Assembly (NCBI GenBank): GCA_964407865.1
Contig: CAYOXC010000002.1
Coordinates: forward strand, 38,978 to 102,977
DNA from: an uncultured Gammaproteobacteria bacterium
Lineage (GTDB): Bacteria > Patescibacteriota > Patescibacteriia > Magasanikbacterales > GWA2-37-8
Reading direction: 5' to 3'
Length of the DNA: 64,000 nucleotides
In this document: piece after piece, positions 18,069 through 28,248 of the stretch
Layout: every line of letters starts with the position of its first letter
Numbering within the stretch: the stretch's first letter is position 1
Position numbers and translations under genes: made by a program
The notes under the pieces: model-generated
Told to the model about the DNA's origin: nothing
Databases searched by the model: none
Seen by the model: the letters and a program-made list of their open reading frames with translations, nothing else

Positions 18069-18443
18069 ATGGAAACGAAAAAGGTGCTTGTCGTGGACGA
18101 TGTTGTCCACATATTATCACTTATGAAAAGGATAGTGAAAAGGCTTGATTGCGACGTGGATGTCGCGACTTCAGGCGAGGAAGCTGTTATTGTTTTCTGT
18201 CTGGCATTGAAAAACGGCGTCCCGTACGATCTCATCATCATGGACCGTGACATGCCTGGAAAGTCGGGAGAAGTTGCTCTTATGGAGATCAGAGAGTACT
18301 ACCCCCAAGTTCAAGCCATCCTTCATTCCGGGGACACCTTGTCGGAGGTGTACAACAATTATGAAAAATTCGGATTTGTTGGAGTGCTAGATAAGCCCTC
18401 GGATCCCGATGTTATCCGGGCTATTGTGAGCAGTCATCTGTGA
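18069..18443 (+). CDS. Stand-alone response-regulator receiver domain (CheY-like)
   Basis: DD pair, phospho-acceptor Asp in IIMDRDMPG, conserved S/T and K positions. GGGGGA RBS. GC is higher than in the neighbours. Confidence 0.7.
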   Translation: METKKVLVVDDVVHILSLMKRIVKRLDCDVDVATSGEEAVIVFCLALKNGVPYDLIIMDRDMPGKSGEVALMEIREYYPQVQAILHSGDTLSEVYNNYEKFGFVGVLDKPSDPDVIRAIVSSHL

Positions 18444-18574
18444 TTGCTATCCAGTAGCACAGAGAGGGGCGTGTGGTTCACGGTGGCGTCGCCTAATGCG
18501 GCGCCATTTTTTATTATAATGAAAATTTATAATTTGTTATTAGACGATATATTTGGTACGATAGGAGTTATCTT

Positions 18575-19603
18575 ATGCATGAAGCAGTATTATACAAAAA
18601 AATTCCAAATGGAGTGGAGTGTACAGCTTGTCAGTGGCGATGCAATATAGCCCTGAACAAAAGCGGTGTTTGTGGTATGCGCGAGAATCTTAGTAACAAA
18701 TTATATTTGTTAGTTTATGGCCAAGCTTCTGCTCTAAATATTGACCCGATGGAAAAAAAACCACTATATCATTTTTTGCCTGGTAAAAATATTTTATCCA
18801 TCGGCACGGTTGGTTGTAATTTTAGATGTAAATTTTGTCAGAATTTTGATATTTCTCAAACCGGCCAAGGAGAGGAAGAAAATTCAAATATTGAAATAAA
18901 ATTAAAAAGCGACGAACTAGCACCTGAGTCAGCGGCAAAGTATTGTCTTAACCATCGTTTGCCGGCAGTAGCTTTTACTTATAATGAACCGGCAATTTGG
19001 GCGGAATATGCTCACGATATTATGAAAATATTAAAGCCAAAAGATGTACGCGGTGTTTTTGTTAGCAATGGTTATGAAACCAAAGAGACTTTAGATTATC
19101 TTAATCCTTATATTGATGCTTTTAATATTGATTTAAAAAGTTTTTCTGAAAAATATTACAGAGATGTTTGTGGTGCCAGGTTGGAACCGGTACTCAATAC
19201 AATCAGAGAAATTTGGCGTCGTGGTAAATGGTTGGAAATTACCACCTTGCTTGTGCCGGGTGAAAATGATGATGAAAGAGAAATACGAGAAGCAGCAAAA
19301 TTTATTGCCAGTATTTCAGTTGATATTCCTTGGCATCTATCCGCTTTTTATCCAAACTATTTAATGGCTGATCGTGCGCCAACGCCAACCAAAACTTTAC
19401 TCAAAGCATACAATATCGGACGGGAAGCTGGTTTAAACTATGTATATCTTGGTAACACAAATGACCTTGAGCATAGTGCCACGCATTGTCCTTCATGCAA
19501 TAAAATTCTTATTGGGCGCGACGGTTATGAGTTGACACAATTTGAACTTCAAGATGGAAAGTGTCCTAAGTGTAAAAAGTTAATTGCTGGCACTTGGAAA
19601 TAA
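18575..19603 (+). CDS. Radical SAM enzyme (PflA-like activase / AmmeMemoRadiSam-type)
   Basis: CNFRCKFCQN CxxxCxxC cluster plus N- and C-terminal Cys pairs. Confidence 0.6.
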   Translation: MHEAVLYKKIPNGVECTACQWRCNIALNKSGVCGMRENLSNKLYLLVYGQASALNIDPMEKKPLYHFLPGKNILSIGTVGCNFRCKFCQNFDISQTGQGEEENSNIEIKLKSDELAPESAAKYCLNHRLPAVAFTYNEPAIWAEYAHDIMKILKPKDVRGVFVSNGYETKETLDYLNPYIDAFNIDLKSFSEKYYRDVCGARLEPVLNTIREIWRRGKWLEITTLLVPGENDDEREIREAAKFIASISVDIPWHLSAFYPNYLMADRAPTPTKTLLKAYNIGREAGLNYVYLGNTNDLEHSATHCPSCNKILIGRDGYELTQFELQDGKCPKCKKLIAGTWK

Positions 19604-19632
19604 AAAAACCCGACATAAAGTCGGGTTTTTTA
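19602..19632. terminator. Bidirectional terminator between the radical SAM gene and recA
   Basis: CCCGAC-ATAAA-GTCGGG stem with flanking A-run and T-run. Confidence 0.7.
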
Positions 19633-19640
19633 TTACTATT

Positions 19641-20717
19641 TTATTTTTCTTCTGGCGGTGGGGGTATCTCTTCATCTGGAGTAGTAACATCAAGACCTTC
19701 TATTGGTTTGCCTTCATCCGCTGCTTTAAATACTAGTTTTTTTATTTTTTCAATTAATTTTGGATTTGCCCTAAGATATGTTTTTGCATTTTCTCTGCCT
19801 ACACCCAGTTTTTCCTCGCCAAAAAGATAACTATTTCCTTTTTTATCAATTATATTGAAGGCAACGCCGGTATCAAGCGTGTCTCCCGAAATAGAAATAC
19901 CCTCGTTGTACATGATGTCAAATTCACAGGTGGTAAACGGCGGAGCAACTTTGTTTTTTACCACTTTTACCTTTACGCGGTTGCCAATTATTTTATCACC
20001 TTGCTTAATTTGAGCGGAGCGTCTTACTTCAATTCTTACAGAAGAATAAAATTTCAAAGCCATTCCTCCAGTGGTGGTTTCTGGATTGCCAAACATAATT
20101 CCAATTTTCATCCTAGTTTGATTGATGAATACAACCACGGTTTTGGATTTAGAGACAATGCCGGCAAGTTTGCGTAAAGCCTGGCTCATTAGTCTGGCCT
20201 GCAAGCCGACATGGCGATCTCCCATCTCTCCTTCGATTTCTGCTTTTGGTACCAGGGCGGCGACTGAATCCACTACAATTACATCAACTGCATTGGAGCG
20301 AACAAGGGTATCAACGATTTCAAGAGCCTGTTCTCCTGTGTCTGGCTGTGAAATAAGAAGTTCATCCACTTTGACTCCAATTGTTCTGGCATAGTCTGGA
20401 TCTAGAGCGTGTTCGGCGTCAACAAAAGCGGCAATACCTCCTAATTTTTGTACTTCTGAAACAATATGCTGTGCTAGAGTAGTTTTACCTGAAGCCTCAG
20501 GTCCGTAGATCTCAATAATTCTGCCGCGCGGTACGCCACCGACACCAAGTGCAACATCAAGTGATAAGCAGCCGGTGGGCACTGTTTCTACTTGCATTTT
20601 TTTGGCTTCGCCGAATTTCATGATTGCCCCTTCTCCAAATCTGCTTTTGATTTGTTCAATCGCGCTTTCGGCCGCTTTAAGTTTTTGTTGTACCTCCTCG
20701 CTTGTCTGCTTGGCCAT
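19641..20717 (-). CDS. recA: Recombinase RecA
   Basis: Walker [13 protein letters not shown]1/L2 regions, Pro-rich C-terminal tail. Confidence 0.95.
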   Translation of the reverse strand: MAKQTSEEVQQKLKAAESAIEQIKSRFGEGAIMKFGEAKKMQVETVPTGCLSLDVALGVGGVPRGRIIEIYGPEASGKTTLAQHIVSEVQKLGGIAAFVDAEHALDPDYARTIGVKVDELLISQPDTGEQALEIVDTLVRSNAVDVIVVDSVAALVPKAEIEGEMGDRHVGLQARLMSQALRKLAGIVSKSKTVVVFINQTRMKIGIMFGNPETTTGGMALKFYSSVRIEVRRSAQIKQGDKIIGNRVKVKVVKNKVAPPFTTCEFDIMYNEGISISGDTLDTGVAFNIIDKKGNSYLFGEEKLGVGRENAKTYLRANPKLIEKIKKLVFKAADEGKPIEGLDVTTPDEEIPPPPEEK

Positions 20718-20762
20718 ACGATGATTAGTAATTAGTATTTAGCAATTTGTAAGTTTATTTTA

Positions 20763-21479
20763 TTAATTCTTGATGTTATTAATACTGATTATTTTTTGGG
20801 TATTTTGACTAATGCTTTTTACTACAATATGGCGAGTTACGGTTGATATTTTTCCGTGTTTTTTTGTCGCCGTAATAATAATAGTATTCAGTCCGTCTGA
20901 CAAATTTACCATCAAGTTAAAACGTCCTTTTTCATCAGGCATTATTTCCTGTCCATTAATTGCCAGGCGGCACTCTTTTTCTGTTTCTCCTTGCACGGCG
21001 ATATTGTGTTCCATGACAGTAATTCCTTCGGCAGGATTGTAGACAATTAATTGGGGTGGTTCCAATACTCGTTTTACCTGCCAACCGAGATAGCCGACTA
21101 AAAGCAAAACAAACGAAGCAATTAAAAGGTTGCGAGCAAAGATTGAGATTGAAAAAAGAGGAGCATTCTTGAGTGATTGTTTGGGGTGGATTTGTTCAAC
21201 ACCTTTTAAGCCGTTTTCTCTGTTGAACTGTTCAATGGTTTTTGTTTCATCAAGATGTAGAAAGTTAGCGTATTCTTTAAGATAGTTTAATCGGTAAACT
21301 TTTGCTTTGGGTAGATCGTTAAAACGATTTTTTTCTAGTGCGTTTAGGTATTTTGCTGGTATGCGTATTGCTTTTGAGACCGTGTTTAAGTCAACACCAA
21401 AAACCTCACGCGCTTCTTTAAGTTTTGCGCCAAGACGTTGCTCGGGAGTGGTTAATTTTTTTGCACAAAAAATTGTCAC
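20763..21479 (-). CDS. RodZ-like cytoskeleton-associated protein (N-terminal HTH, TM helix, C-terminal domain)
   Basis: XRE-type HTH at the N-terminus, a single TM helix, a DUF4115-like C-terminus. Confidence 0.5.
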   Translation of the reverse strand: MTIFCAKKLTTPEQRLGAKLKEAREVFGVDLNTVSKAIRIPAKYLNALEKNRFNDLPKAKVYRLNYLKEYANFLHLDETKTIEQFNRENGLKGVEQIHPKQSLKNAPLFSISIFARNLLIASFVLLLVGYLGWQVKRVLEPPQLIVYNPAEGITVMEHNIAVQGETEKECRLAINGQEIMPDEKGRFNLMVNLSDGLNTIIITATKKHGKISTVTRHIVVKSISQNTQKIISINNIKN

Positions 21480-21488
21480 ACTGAATGA

Positions 21489-23903
21489 TTATTTAATCTC
21501 TTCTTCATCCTCCTCCGCTTCTTCTTCTGATATATTTTCTGTTTCAATGTCTTTTTCGTCGGTTTCTTCTAATATTTCTTCACTTTCGTCGGTTGTATCG
21601 GCCTCTTCTTCAGGAGTATCGTTAAGTACAATCCCCCCAGCATCCATCGTTTGTTCTTCTAGTGGCAATTCTTCCTCTTCTTCTAAGTGTTCAGTAAATA
21701 CTTCGCGTGGTTTTGCGCCATCTGGCGGTCCTACTATACCAGCTTCTTCAAGCTCGTCAAGCAGCCGAGCGGCTCTTGCATAACCAACTTTAATTCTTCT
21801 TTGCAGAAGAGAAGCCGATGCTTTACCTGATTCAATCACCACTCTTTTAGCTTCTTCAAACAGTTGGTCTCGGTCATCAGGTCCACCAAAAATACTCATT
21901 GTTCCTCCTGATGCCGAAATCTTTGCTGTGATGCTTTCATCATAAGTCGGCGGTTCATCGCCTTTGACATAATCAACCACCCGCTTCATTTCTTCTTCAG
22001 AGACAAAAGCGTCTTGAATGCGTTTAGGCTTGGATAGTTCAGCGGTTAAGAAAAGCATGTCGCCGCGACCAAGAAGTTTTTCTGCTCCAGGGCAGTCAAG
22101 TATGGTTCTAGAGTCAATAATTGAAGCAACGGAAAAAGCAATGCGCGCAGGAATGTTGGCTTTCATTAAACCTGTAATCACTTCAACGCTAGGACGTTGG
22201 GTAGCGACAATAAGATGAATTCCAACAGCTCGAGCCATTTGAGCAATACGAATAATTCCCGCTTCAACTTCGGAAGCAGCCATCGCCATAAGATCAGCCA
22301 GCTCGTCAATTACGAATACGATATTAGGCATTTTTTCTTTCATTTTTTTGTTGTATGAGGTGATGTCGCGACAGCCAACTCCTGCTAAAGCGTCAAAGCG
22401 ACGTTCCATTTCCTGAATACACCATTTTAGTGCTGCTACGGTTTTTGCCGGATCAGTAATAACCGGCGTTAAAAGATGCGGAATGCCGTTGTAAAGTGTT
22501 AGCTCAACACGCTTTGGATCAACCATGATAAAGCGTAATGTTTCTGGTGAATTTTGGTAAAGCAAACTCAGGATAATTGTATTGATACAAACTGTTTTTC
22601 CTGAACCAGTGGTACCAGCAATCAAAAGATGAGGCATTTTGGGTAAATCAGCAAACCAAACTTTGCCAGCAACATCTTTACCCAAAGCAAGCGAAAGGCT
22701 GTTGTTGCGTTTTTTGTATTCTTCGCTTTCTAAAAGCTCTCTTAAAGTAACTAAGGCAACTTTTTGATTAGGCACTTCAATACCAACAAGTGATTTTCCT
22801 GGTATTGGCGCCTCAATACGGATGGGGTGGGCAGCTAAAGCAAGCGCCAAGTCATTGGATAAGCCGGTAATTCTTGTAAGCTTGATGCCCTTTGCTGGTT
22901 TTAACGAATATTGCGTTACCGTAGGACCAACTCTAATTTCGCCCATTTCAACTTCAATTCCAAAATTAAACAACGTATCTTTGATTATTGCGGCATTACT
23001 GGCAATATCTCCCGATGTTGGTTTAGTTTTTGATGTAAAAAGCAATTCTATCGGCGGCCATTTATAATTGAAATCAAGAGTTGATGGTTGCGACATGGCT
23101 GTATCTTCTTCATCTTCCTTTTCTTTTGACTGCTGAATTATTTTTTTTGCAAAGATAGGTTTAACTTCAATTTCTTGATCTTCACTATCTTCAATTTCTT
23201 CCTCGGTTGTTTCATCCTCATCAGCTTTATTTTTTTTCATTGGCTCATAAGAGCCTTCAATGCGCATTTGAATTTGATCATCTTTTTTAAACGAGCCAAA
23301 AAAGTCAATAATTTTTGTTCCAAACCAACCCAGAGTAAGAAACATTTTTTTATGCAGTTCAACCAGCTCAGCCAACGAAGTATTAAAAAGAAAAATTATT
23401 GAGATAAGCAATAGACCAATTAGAATTATGGCACCACCCCAAAAACCAACATAATTGCCTAGCGGCCAGCTTAAGATCAAGCCAACTAACCCGCCATTAA
23501 ACCCTTGCATTGCCTGGCTGATCATTTCTTCGGGCTGGTTAAATATGTGGACCAGACCGTTAAAGCTTAAAAAGAATAGTATCGCGCCAAAAATATGAGT
23601 AGAACGATAGTGGTATTGCAGATCTTTGATAAGAAGTATGGCGCTTATGATTAAAATAACTGGAAAGACGTAGCGAACTTGGCCAAAAGTTATTGCCAAA
23701 AGTGAATCAATAAATTTTCCAGCTACGCCCGCCATATCAAAAAAACTTAAAGTAGATATGCCGGCAACAACGAAAAGTAAAATAGAAAGCAGACCATGGC
23801 TTAGCTGAGGGCCAAGGCTGGAATCATCTTTTCTGTGTGTTCGTGATTTTGTTATCCGCGCCATATTTTTATCTATTTTAACACTAAACAGACTAATAAA
23901 CAA
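21489..23903 (-). CDS. ftsK: DNA translocase FtsK/SpoIIIE
   Basis: N-terminal TM domain, Walker A GTTGSGKT, a gamma winged-helix domain, an acidic C-terminal tail. Confidence 0.9.
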   Translation of the reverse strand: MFISLFSVKIDKNMARITKSRTHRKDDSSLGPQLSHGLLSILLFVVAGISTLSFFDMAGVAGKFIDSLLAITFGQVRYVFPVILIISAILLIKDLQYHYRSTHIFGAILFFLSFNGLVHIFNQPEEMISQAMQGFNGGLVGLILSWPLGNYVGFWGGAIILIGLLLISIIFLFNTSLAELVELHKKMFLTLGWFGTKIIDFFGSFKKDDQIQMRIEGSYEPMKKNKADEDETTEEEIEDSEDQEIEVKPIFAKKIIQQSKEKEDEEDTAMSQPSTLDFNYKWPPIELLFTSKTKPTSGDIASNAAIIKDTLFNFGIEVEMGEIRVGPTVTQYSLKPAKGIKLTRITGLSNDLALALAAHPIRIEAPIPGKSLVGIEVPNQKVALVTLRELLESEEYKKRNNSLSLALGKDVAGKVWFADLPKMPHLLIAGTTGSGKTVCINTIILSLLYQNSPETLRFIMVDPKRVELTLYNGIPHLLTPVITDPAKTVAALKWCIQEMERRFDALAGVGCRDITSYNKKMKEKMPNIVFVIDELADLMAMAASEVEAGIIRIAQMARAVGIHLIVATQRPSVEVITGLMKANIPARIAFSVASIIDSRTILDCPGAEKLLGRGDMLFLTAELSKPKRIQDAFVSEEEMKRVVDYVKGDEPPTYDESITAKISASGGTMSIFGGPDDRDQLFEEAKRVVIESGKASASLLQRRIKVGYARAARLLDELEEAGIVGPPDGAKPREVFTEHLEEEEELPLEEQTMDAGGIVLNDTPEEEADTTDESEEILEETDEKDIETENISEEEAEEDEEEIK

Positions 23904-23927
23904 ATATATATTTTGTGTATAAAAATA

Positions 23928-24153
23928 TTAAAAAACCGCCGAAGCGGTTTGCTTTTTCTGCACTAAGCTGCGAAAAGAGCTGCATGTGTTAAGGAGCGAA
24001 TCAGTTTGAAAACCACACCCCAAAACAACTAATAAGCTGTTGAGGGGAGGAGAGAGATGTTTTCAAAGATTGATTCATTTAATACATCAGCTCTACCGCA
24101 GCTTGGTATAGAAAAAACAGTAATATTTTAGAAGTGATATACATAAATGTCAA
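23928..24153 (-). promoter_or_regulatory. Minus-strand near-consensus sigma70 promoter (-35 TTGACA, 17 bp, -10 TAAAAT), then about 190 nt ending in an intrinsic terminator just upstream of the ftsK start. Either an attenuated leader or a small RNA.
   Basis: RC of 24148-24153 is TTGACA; RC of 24125-24130 is TAAAAT; hairpin CCGCTTCGGCGG plus a T-run at 23934-23950 on the minus strand. Confidence 0.4.
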
Positions 24154-24479
24154 CCTGTGGACAAGTTTTAGTAAAAAAATAAAATTTTAGAATATTTTTG
24201 GACAATAAACAAACAATTACAGAAGGCCCAAGTTAAAGATTGGGATAAGATTAAGCTGTGAATTTGGGCAGATAAATACAGATAAATGTTGTCGCCTCAG
24301 GCAAAGACGCCGTTCACTGCTTTGATTATGAGATATAAATTGTATTTTTTCGCTAAAAAAAGCCAAAATGTGCATTAGTTGTGGATAACTAAAGCCAAAT
24401 ATTTTTAAAATACAAGTTTTTTGTTTATTTTTAGCGAAAAATACAGATACTTGACAAACCTTAAAAATTCTATCACCTG

Positions 24480-24508
24480 TTGACAATTTTTTATATATAA
24501 GGTAATAT
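24480..24508 (+). promoter_or_regulatory. Sigma70-like promoter (TTGACA-17-TAATAT) heading the roughly 280-nt rpoB leader
   Basis: TTGACA at 24480-24485 and TAATAT at 24503-24508. Confidence 0.5.
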
Positions 24509-24786
24509 CAAACCACTTAAAAACTTCTGACCGCATAACAGCAGTCAAAAAATGCCTATTTTGGCTTAGCGCGGCCTTATGCCAAGCGGTAAAATGAGCT
24601 GCGCGCAAGGTCAAACAAAACACATGTCAACCTTGCTGAAAAATTAATGAAGCTTTTTGTTCTAACAACGCCTGACCCCAGGGGGATTTTTTGTTAACGC
24701 ATCATGTTGTCGGTCTTTGATAGAAATGTTTTTCAGTAAAATATAAAAAAATAAAATTTTTATAAATTATTTTTCAAAATATTTTT

Positions 24787-27700
24787 ATGCCATCATATAA
24801 ATACCGTGGCGTATCCAGCGATCCTCGCCGTTTCTTTACCTCAGTCACCGATGCCGCTCCGTTTCCTGACATGATTGAGCTGCAAAAGAACTCTTACGAT
24901 CATTTTTTGAAATTTAGCATCAAGGAGCTTTTTGAAGAGGTATCGCCGGTTACTGATTTTTCTGAACGTGGCTTAGAATTATATTTGGAAGAATATTATC
25001 TTGATGAGCCGAAATTTGATGAAATGGTTTGTCGTGATCGCAACATGACTTTTGAGGCCCCTCTTCGCGTTAATGCCAGATTAACGAATAAAAAAACCGG
25101 CCAAACGAAAACGCAGGAAATTTATTTGGGCGATATGCCGGTGATGACTTCACGAGGGACTTTTATTGTAAATGGTATTGAACGTGTAGTCGTTTCTCAA
25201 CTTATCCGTTCAGCTGGAGTATTTTTTACTGCTGATGTTGTGCGCGGCCGCCGATATTATGGAGCTAAAATTATTCCTAATCGTGGCGCTTGGCTGGAAA
25301 TTGAAACAGATCAAAATAATGTTCTCTGGGTAAAAATAGACCGCAAGCGCAAAGTTGCTGTTACTTCTCTTTTGCGTTCCTTTGGTTATAATTCTGATGA
25401 TAAAATTCGCGAACTTTTAAAAGAAGTAAATATTCATCCGCATATTGATTATGTAGAATCAACATTGGCGAAAGATTTATCCAGCAGTATCGACGAAGGC
25501 CTGATTGAAGTTTATAAAAAAATAAGGCCTGGTGATTTAGCAACTGCAGACAATGCCAAGTCGTTAATTTACGCCATGTTTTTTAATTTTGATCGTTATG
25601 ATTTATCACCTGTTGGCGTATATAAATTTGATACAAAATTTGATCTCGGTTTAACACCCGAAGATTATCAAAACAAAGAGAGTCGTGTTTTTTCTCCGGA
25701 AAAACTTTTATTGGTTGTAAAGGAAGTAATAAGATTAAATTGTTCTCAAGAAGATCCTGATGATATTGACCACTTAGGCAATCGTCGCATTCGGGCGGTC
25801 GGTGAATTGGTGCAAAATCGTTTCCGTGTTGGCCTGGCCCGCATGGAGCGTGTCATCAAGGATAGAATGAGCACCTATGACATAGCTGAATTAACTCCAA
25901 ATAAACTAATAAATGCTCGGCCGGTTATTTCTGCTATAAAGGAATTTTTCATGAGCTCACAGCTGTCCCAGTTTATGGACCAAATCAATGTATTGTCAGA
26001 ACTTGAACATAAGCGTCGACTGTCTGCTCTTGGTCCGGGAGGCTTATCGCGAGATCGGGCTGGCTTCGAAGTCCGCGACGTACACAATACTCATTATGGC
26101 CGTATTTGTCCGATTGCGACACCAGAAGGTCCGAACATTGGCTTGGTTAATCATTTGGCCAGCTTTGCTAGAGTAAATGAGTTTGGTTTTATTGAAACAC
26201 CTTATCGCAAAGTGTTAAAGCAAGTGGCAAACGACGGTTCATTAAGCGAAGGTGAAATTTTAAGAGGCGATTTAGGTGGTTATAAAGATGGCACAGAAAT
26301 TACCAAAGAAATTGCTAAAAAATTATCAGGACTTAAAGACACTCCAAACATTCCAGTTAAACCGCGATTAACTGGTGAAGTTGTTTTTCTGAACTCTTTC
26401 CGTGAGGAAAAAATGGTCACCGCTCCGGCAACCACCAGAGTTGATGAAAAGGGTTATTTTATTGATGATATGATTTCCGCCAGAATCTATGGCAAACCAG
26501 GAACCGTAGAGTCTTCAGCTGTAGATTTTATTGATGTTTCATCCAATCAAATTATTTCCGTGGCAACTGCCTGTATTCCATTTTTAGAACATGATGATGC
26601 TACTCGAGCGCTCATGGGTACGAACATGCAGAGGCAAGCCGTTCCTTGTATTAAGCCAGAACCGCCGCTTGTTGGCACGGGCGTAGAGAAAGCCGCAGCA
26701 GAGAATTCTGGATATATTATCAAAGCTGATACAGACGGTGAGATAACAGAATTATCCGGAAGCAATATTACGCTGACTGATAAAAAGGGAGTAGAGCATA
26801 AATATCCAATTAAAAAGTTTTTGCGTTCCAATGCGGCCACTTGTGTTAATCAGCATCCGGTTATCAATATTGGCGATAAAGTCAAAAAAGGACAGGCCTT
26901 GTCTGACGGCCCTTGTATAAAGGATGGAGAATTGGCTTTAGGACAAAATATTTTGGTTGCTTATCTCATTTGGGATGGTTTTAATTATGAAGACGCCGTT
27001 ATTATTTCTGACAGAATCGTTAAGAAAGATAGGTACACATCAATCAATATTGAGGACTATGTGGTCAATGTTAGAGAGACAAAGCTTGGTCCCGAAGTGG
27101 TAACTTCTGATATACCAAATGTATCAGAAGAAAAATTAAAAAATCTTGATGCCGAGGGTATCGTTCGTATTGGTGCTGAAGTAAAATCAGGCGATATTCT
27201 TGTGGGTAAAATTACCCCGAAAGGCGAAACAGAACTTTCAGCTGAAGAAAAACTTTTGCGGGCAATTTTTGGTGAAAAAGCTCGAGATGTCCGCGACTCA
27301 TCGCTTTATCTCGAACATGGCGAACACGGCAAGGTAATAGATGTTCAAGTTTTTTCCACTGAAAATGGAGATAAACTTGAGCCGGGTGTTATTAAACAGG
27401 TTCGAGTTCGTGTGGCTGACATGCGAAAGATTCAGGTTGGTGATAAAATGTCCGGACGCCACGGCAATAAAGGTGTAATTTCTCGAGTAGTTCCAGTTGA
27501 GGATATGCCATTTTTAGAAGACGGCACTCCAGTAGATATTATACTTTCACCACTCGGTGTTATCTCTCGTATGAATTTAGGTCAGATTTTAGAAAATCAT
27601 CTTGGATTGGCCGCTAATGAGCTTAACTATAAAGTTGCCACTCCAGCTTACAATGGCTTGACTGAAGAAGAAATAAAGCAGGAATTAGAGAGAGCCGGTT

Positions 27701-28221
27701 TTTCCGTTGATGGCCAATCAAATCTTTTTGACGGCCGTACCGGTGATCCTTTTGATAATAAAGTAACAGTCGGTTATAGCTACATGCTTAAGCTTAACCA
27801 CATGGTAGAGGACAAAATACATCAGCGTTCAATTGGCCCGTATTCTTTAATAACCCAACAGCCTTTAGGTGGACGCGCCCAATCAGGCGGACAGAGGTTT
27901 GGAGAAATGGAAGTTTGGGCCCTTGAAGCCTATGGCGCTGCTCATGTTCTTCAGGAAGTATTGACCATCAAATCAGATGATGTGCCAGGTCGTTCCAAGG
28001 CCTATGAAGCAATCATTAAAGGTGAGGATATTAAAGTTGTAAATGTGCCAGAATCATTCAATGTTCTCGTACGAGAACTTAAAGGTCTAGCTCTTGATGT
28101 AGAGCTTTTGAAGCGTGATGATTCTGGAAATTATGCTCCAGTTAACAATATACCGGCAGAGGCGTCTAATACTCAGGTCGAGACGCCGGCGAAAGAGAAA
28201 AAGACAGAAGCTAGTGAATAA
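24787..28221 (+). CDS. rpoB: DNA-directed RNA polymerase beta subunit
   Basis: 1144 aa with all conserved RpoB blocks (e.g. GNRRIR, NMQRQAVP). Confidence 0.97.
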   Translation: MPSYKYRGVSSDPRRFFTSVTDAAPFPDMIELQKNSYDHFLKFSIKELFEEVSPVTDFSERGLELYLEEYYLDEPKFDEMVCRDRNMTFEAPLRVNARLTNKKTGQTKTQEIYLGDMPVMTSRGTFIVNGIERVVVSQLIRSAGVFFTADVVRGRRYYGAKIIPNRGAWLEIETDQNNVLWVKIDRKRKVAVTSLLRSFGYNSDDKIRELLKEVNIHPHIDYVESTLAKDLSSSIDEGLIEVYKKIRPGDLATADNAKSLIYAMFFNFDRYDLSPVGVYKFDTKFDLGLTPEDYQNKESRVFSPEKLLLVVKEVIRLNCSQEDPDDIDHLGNRRIRAVGELVQNRFRVGLARMERVIKDRMSTYDIAELTPNKLINARPVISAIKEFFMSSQLSQFMDQINVLSELEHKRRLSALGPGGLSRDRAGFEVRDVHNTHYGRICPIATPEGPNIGLVNHLASFARVNEFGFIETPYRKVLKQVANDGSLSEGEILRGDLGGYKDGTEITKEIAKKLSGLKDTPNIPVKPRLTGEVVFLNSFREEKMVTAPATTRVDEKGYFIDDMISARIYGKPGTVESSAVDFIDVSSNQIISVATACIPFLEHDDATRALMGTNMQRQAVPCIKPEPPLVGTGVEKAAAENSGYIIKADTDGEITELSGSNITLTDKKGVEHKYPIKKFLRSNAATCVNQHPVINIGDKVKKGQALSDGPCIKDGELALGQNILVAYLIWDGFNYEDAVIISDRIVKKDRYTSINIEDYVVNVRETKLGPEVVTSDIPNVSEEKLKNLDAEGIVRIGAEVKSGDILVGKITPKGETELSAEEKLLRAIFGEKARDVRDSSLYLEHGEHGKVIDVQVFSTENGDKLEPGVIKQVRVRVADMRKIQVGDKMSGRHGNKGVISRVVPVEDMPFLEDGTPVDIILSPLGVISRMNLGQILENHLGLAANELNYKVATPAYNGLTEEEIKQELERAGFSVDGQSNLFDGRTGDPFDNKVTVGYSYMLKLNHMVEDKIHQRSIGPYSLITQQPLGGRAQSGGQRFGEMEVWALEAYGAAHVLQEVLTIKSDDVPGRSKAYEAIIKGEDIKVVNVPESFNVLVRELKGLALDVELLKRDDSGNYAPVNNIPAEASNTQVETPAKEKKTEASE

Positions 28222-28248
28222 TATATTTGATCATAAATATTTAAATAT

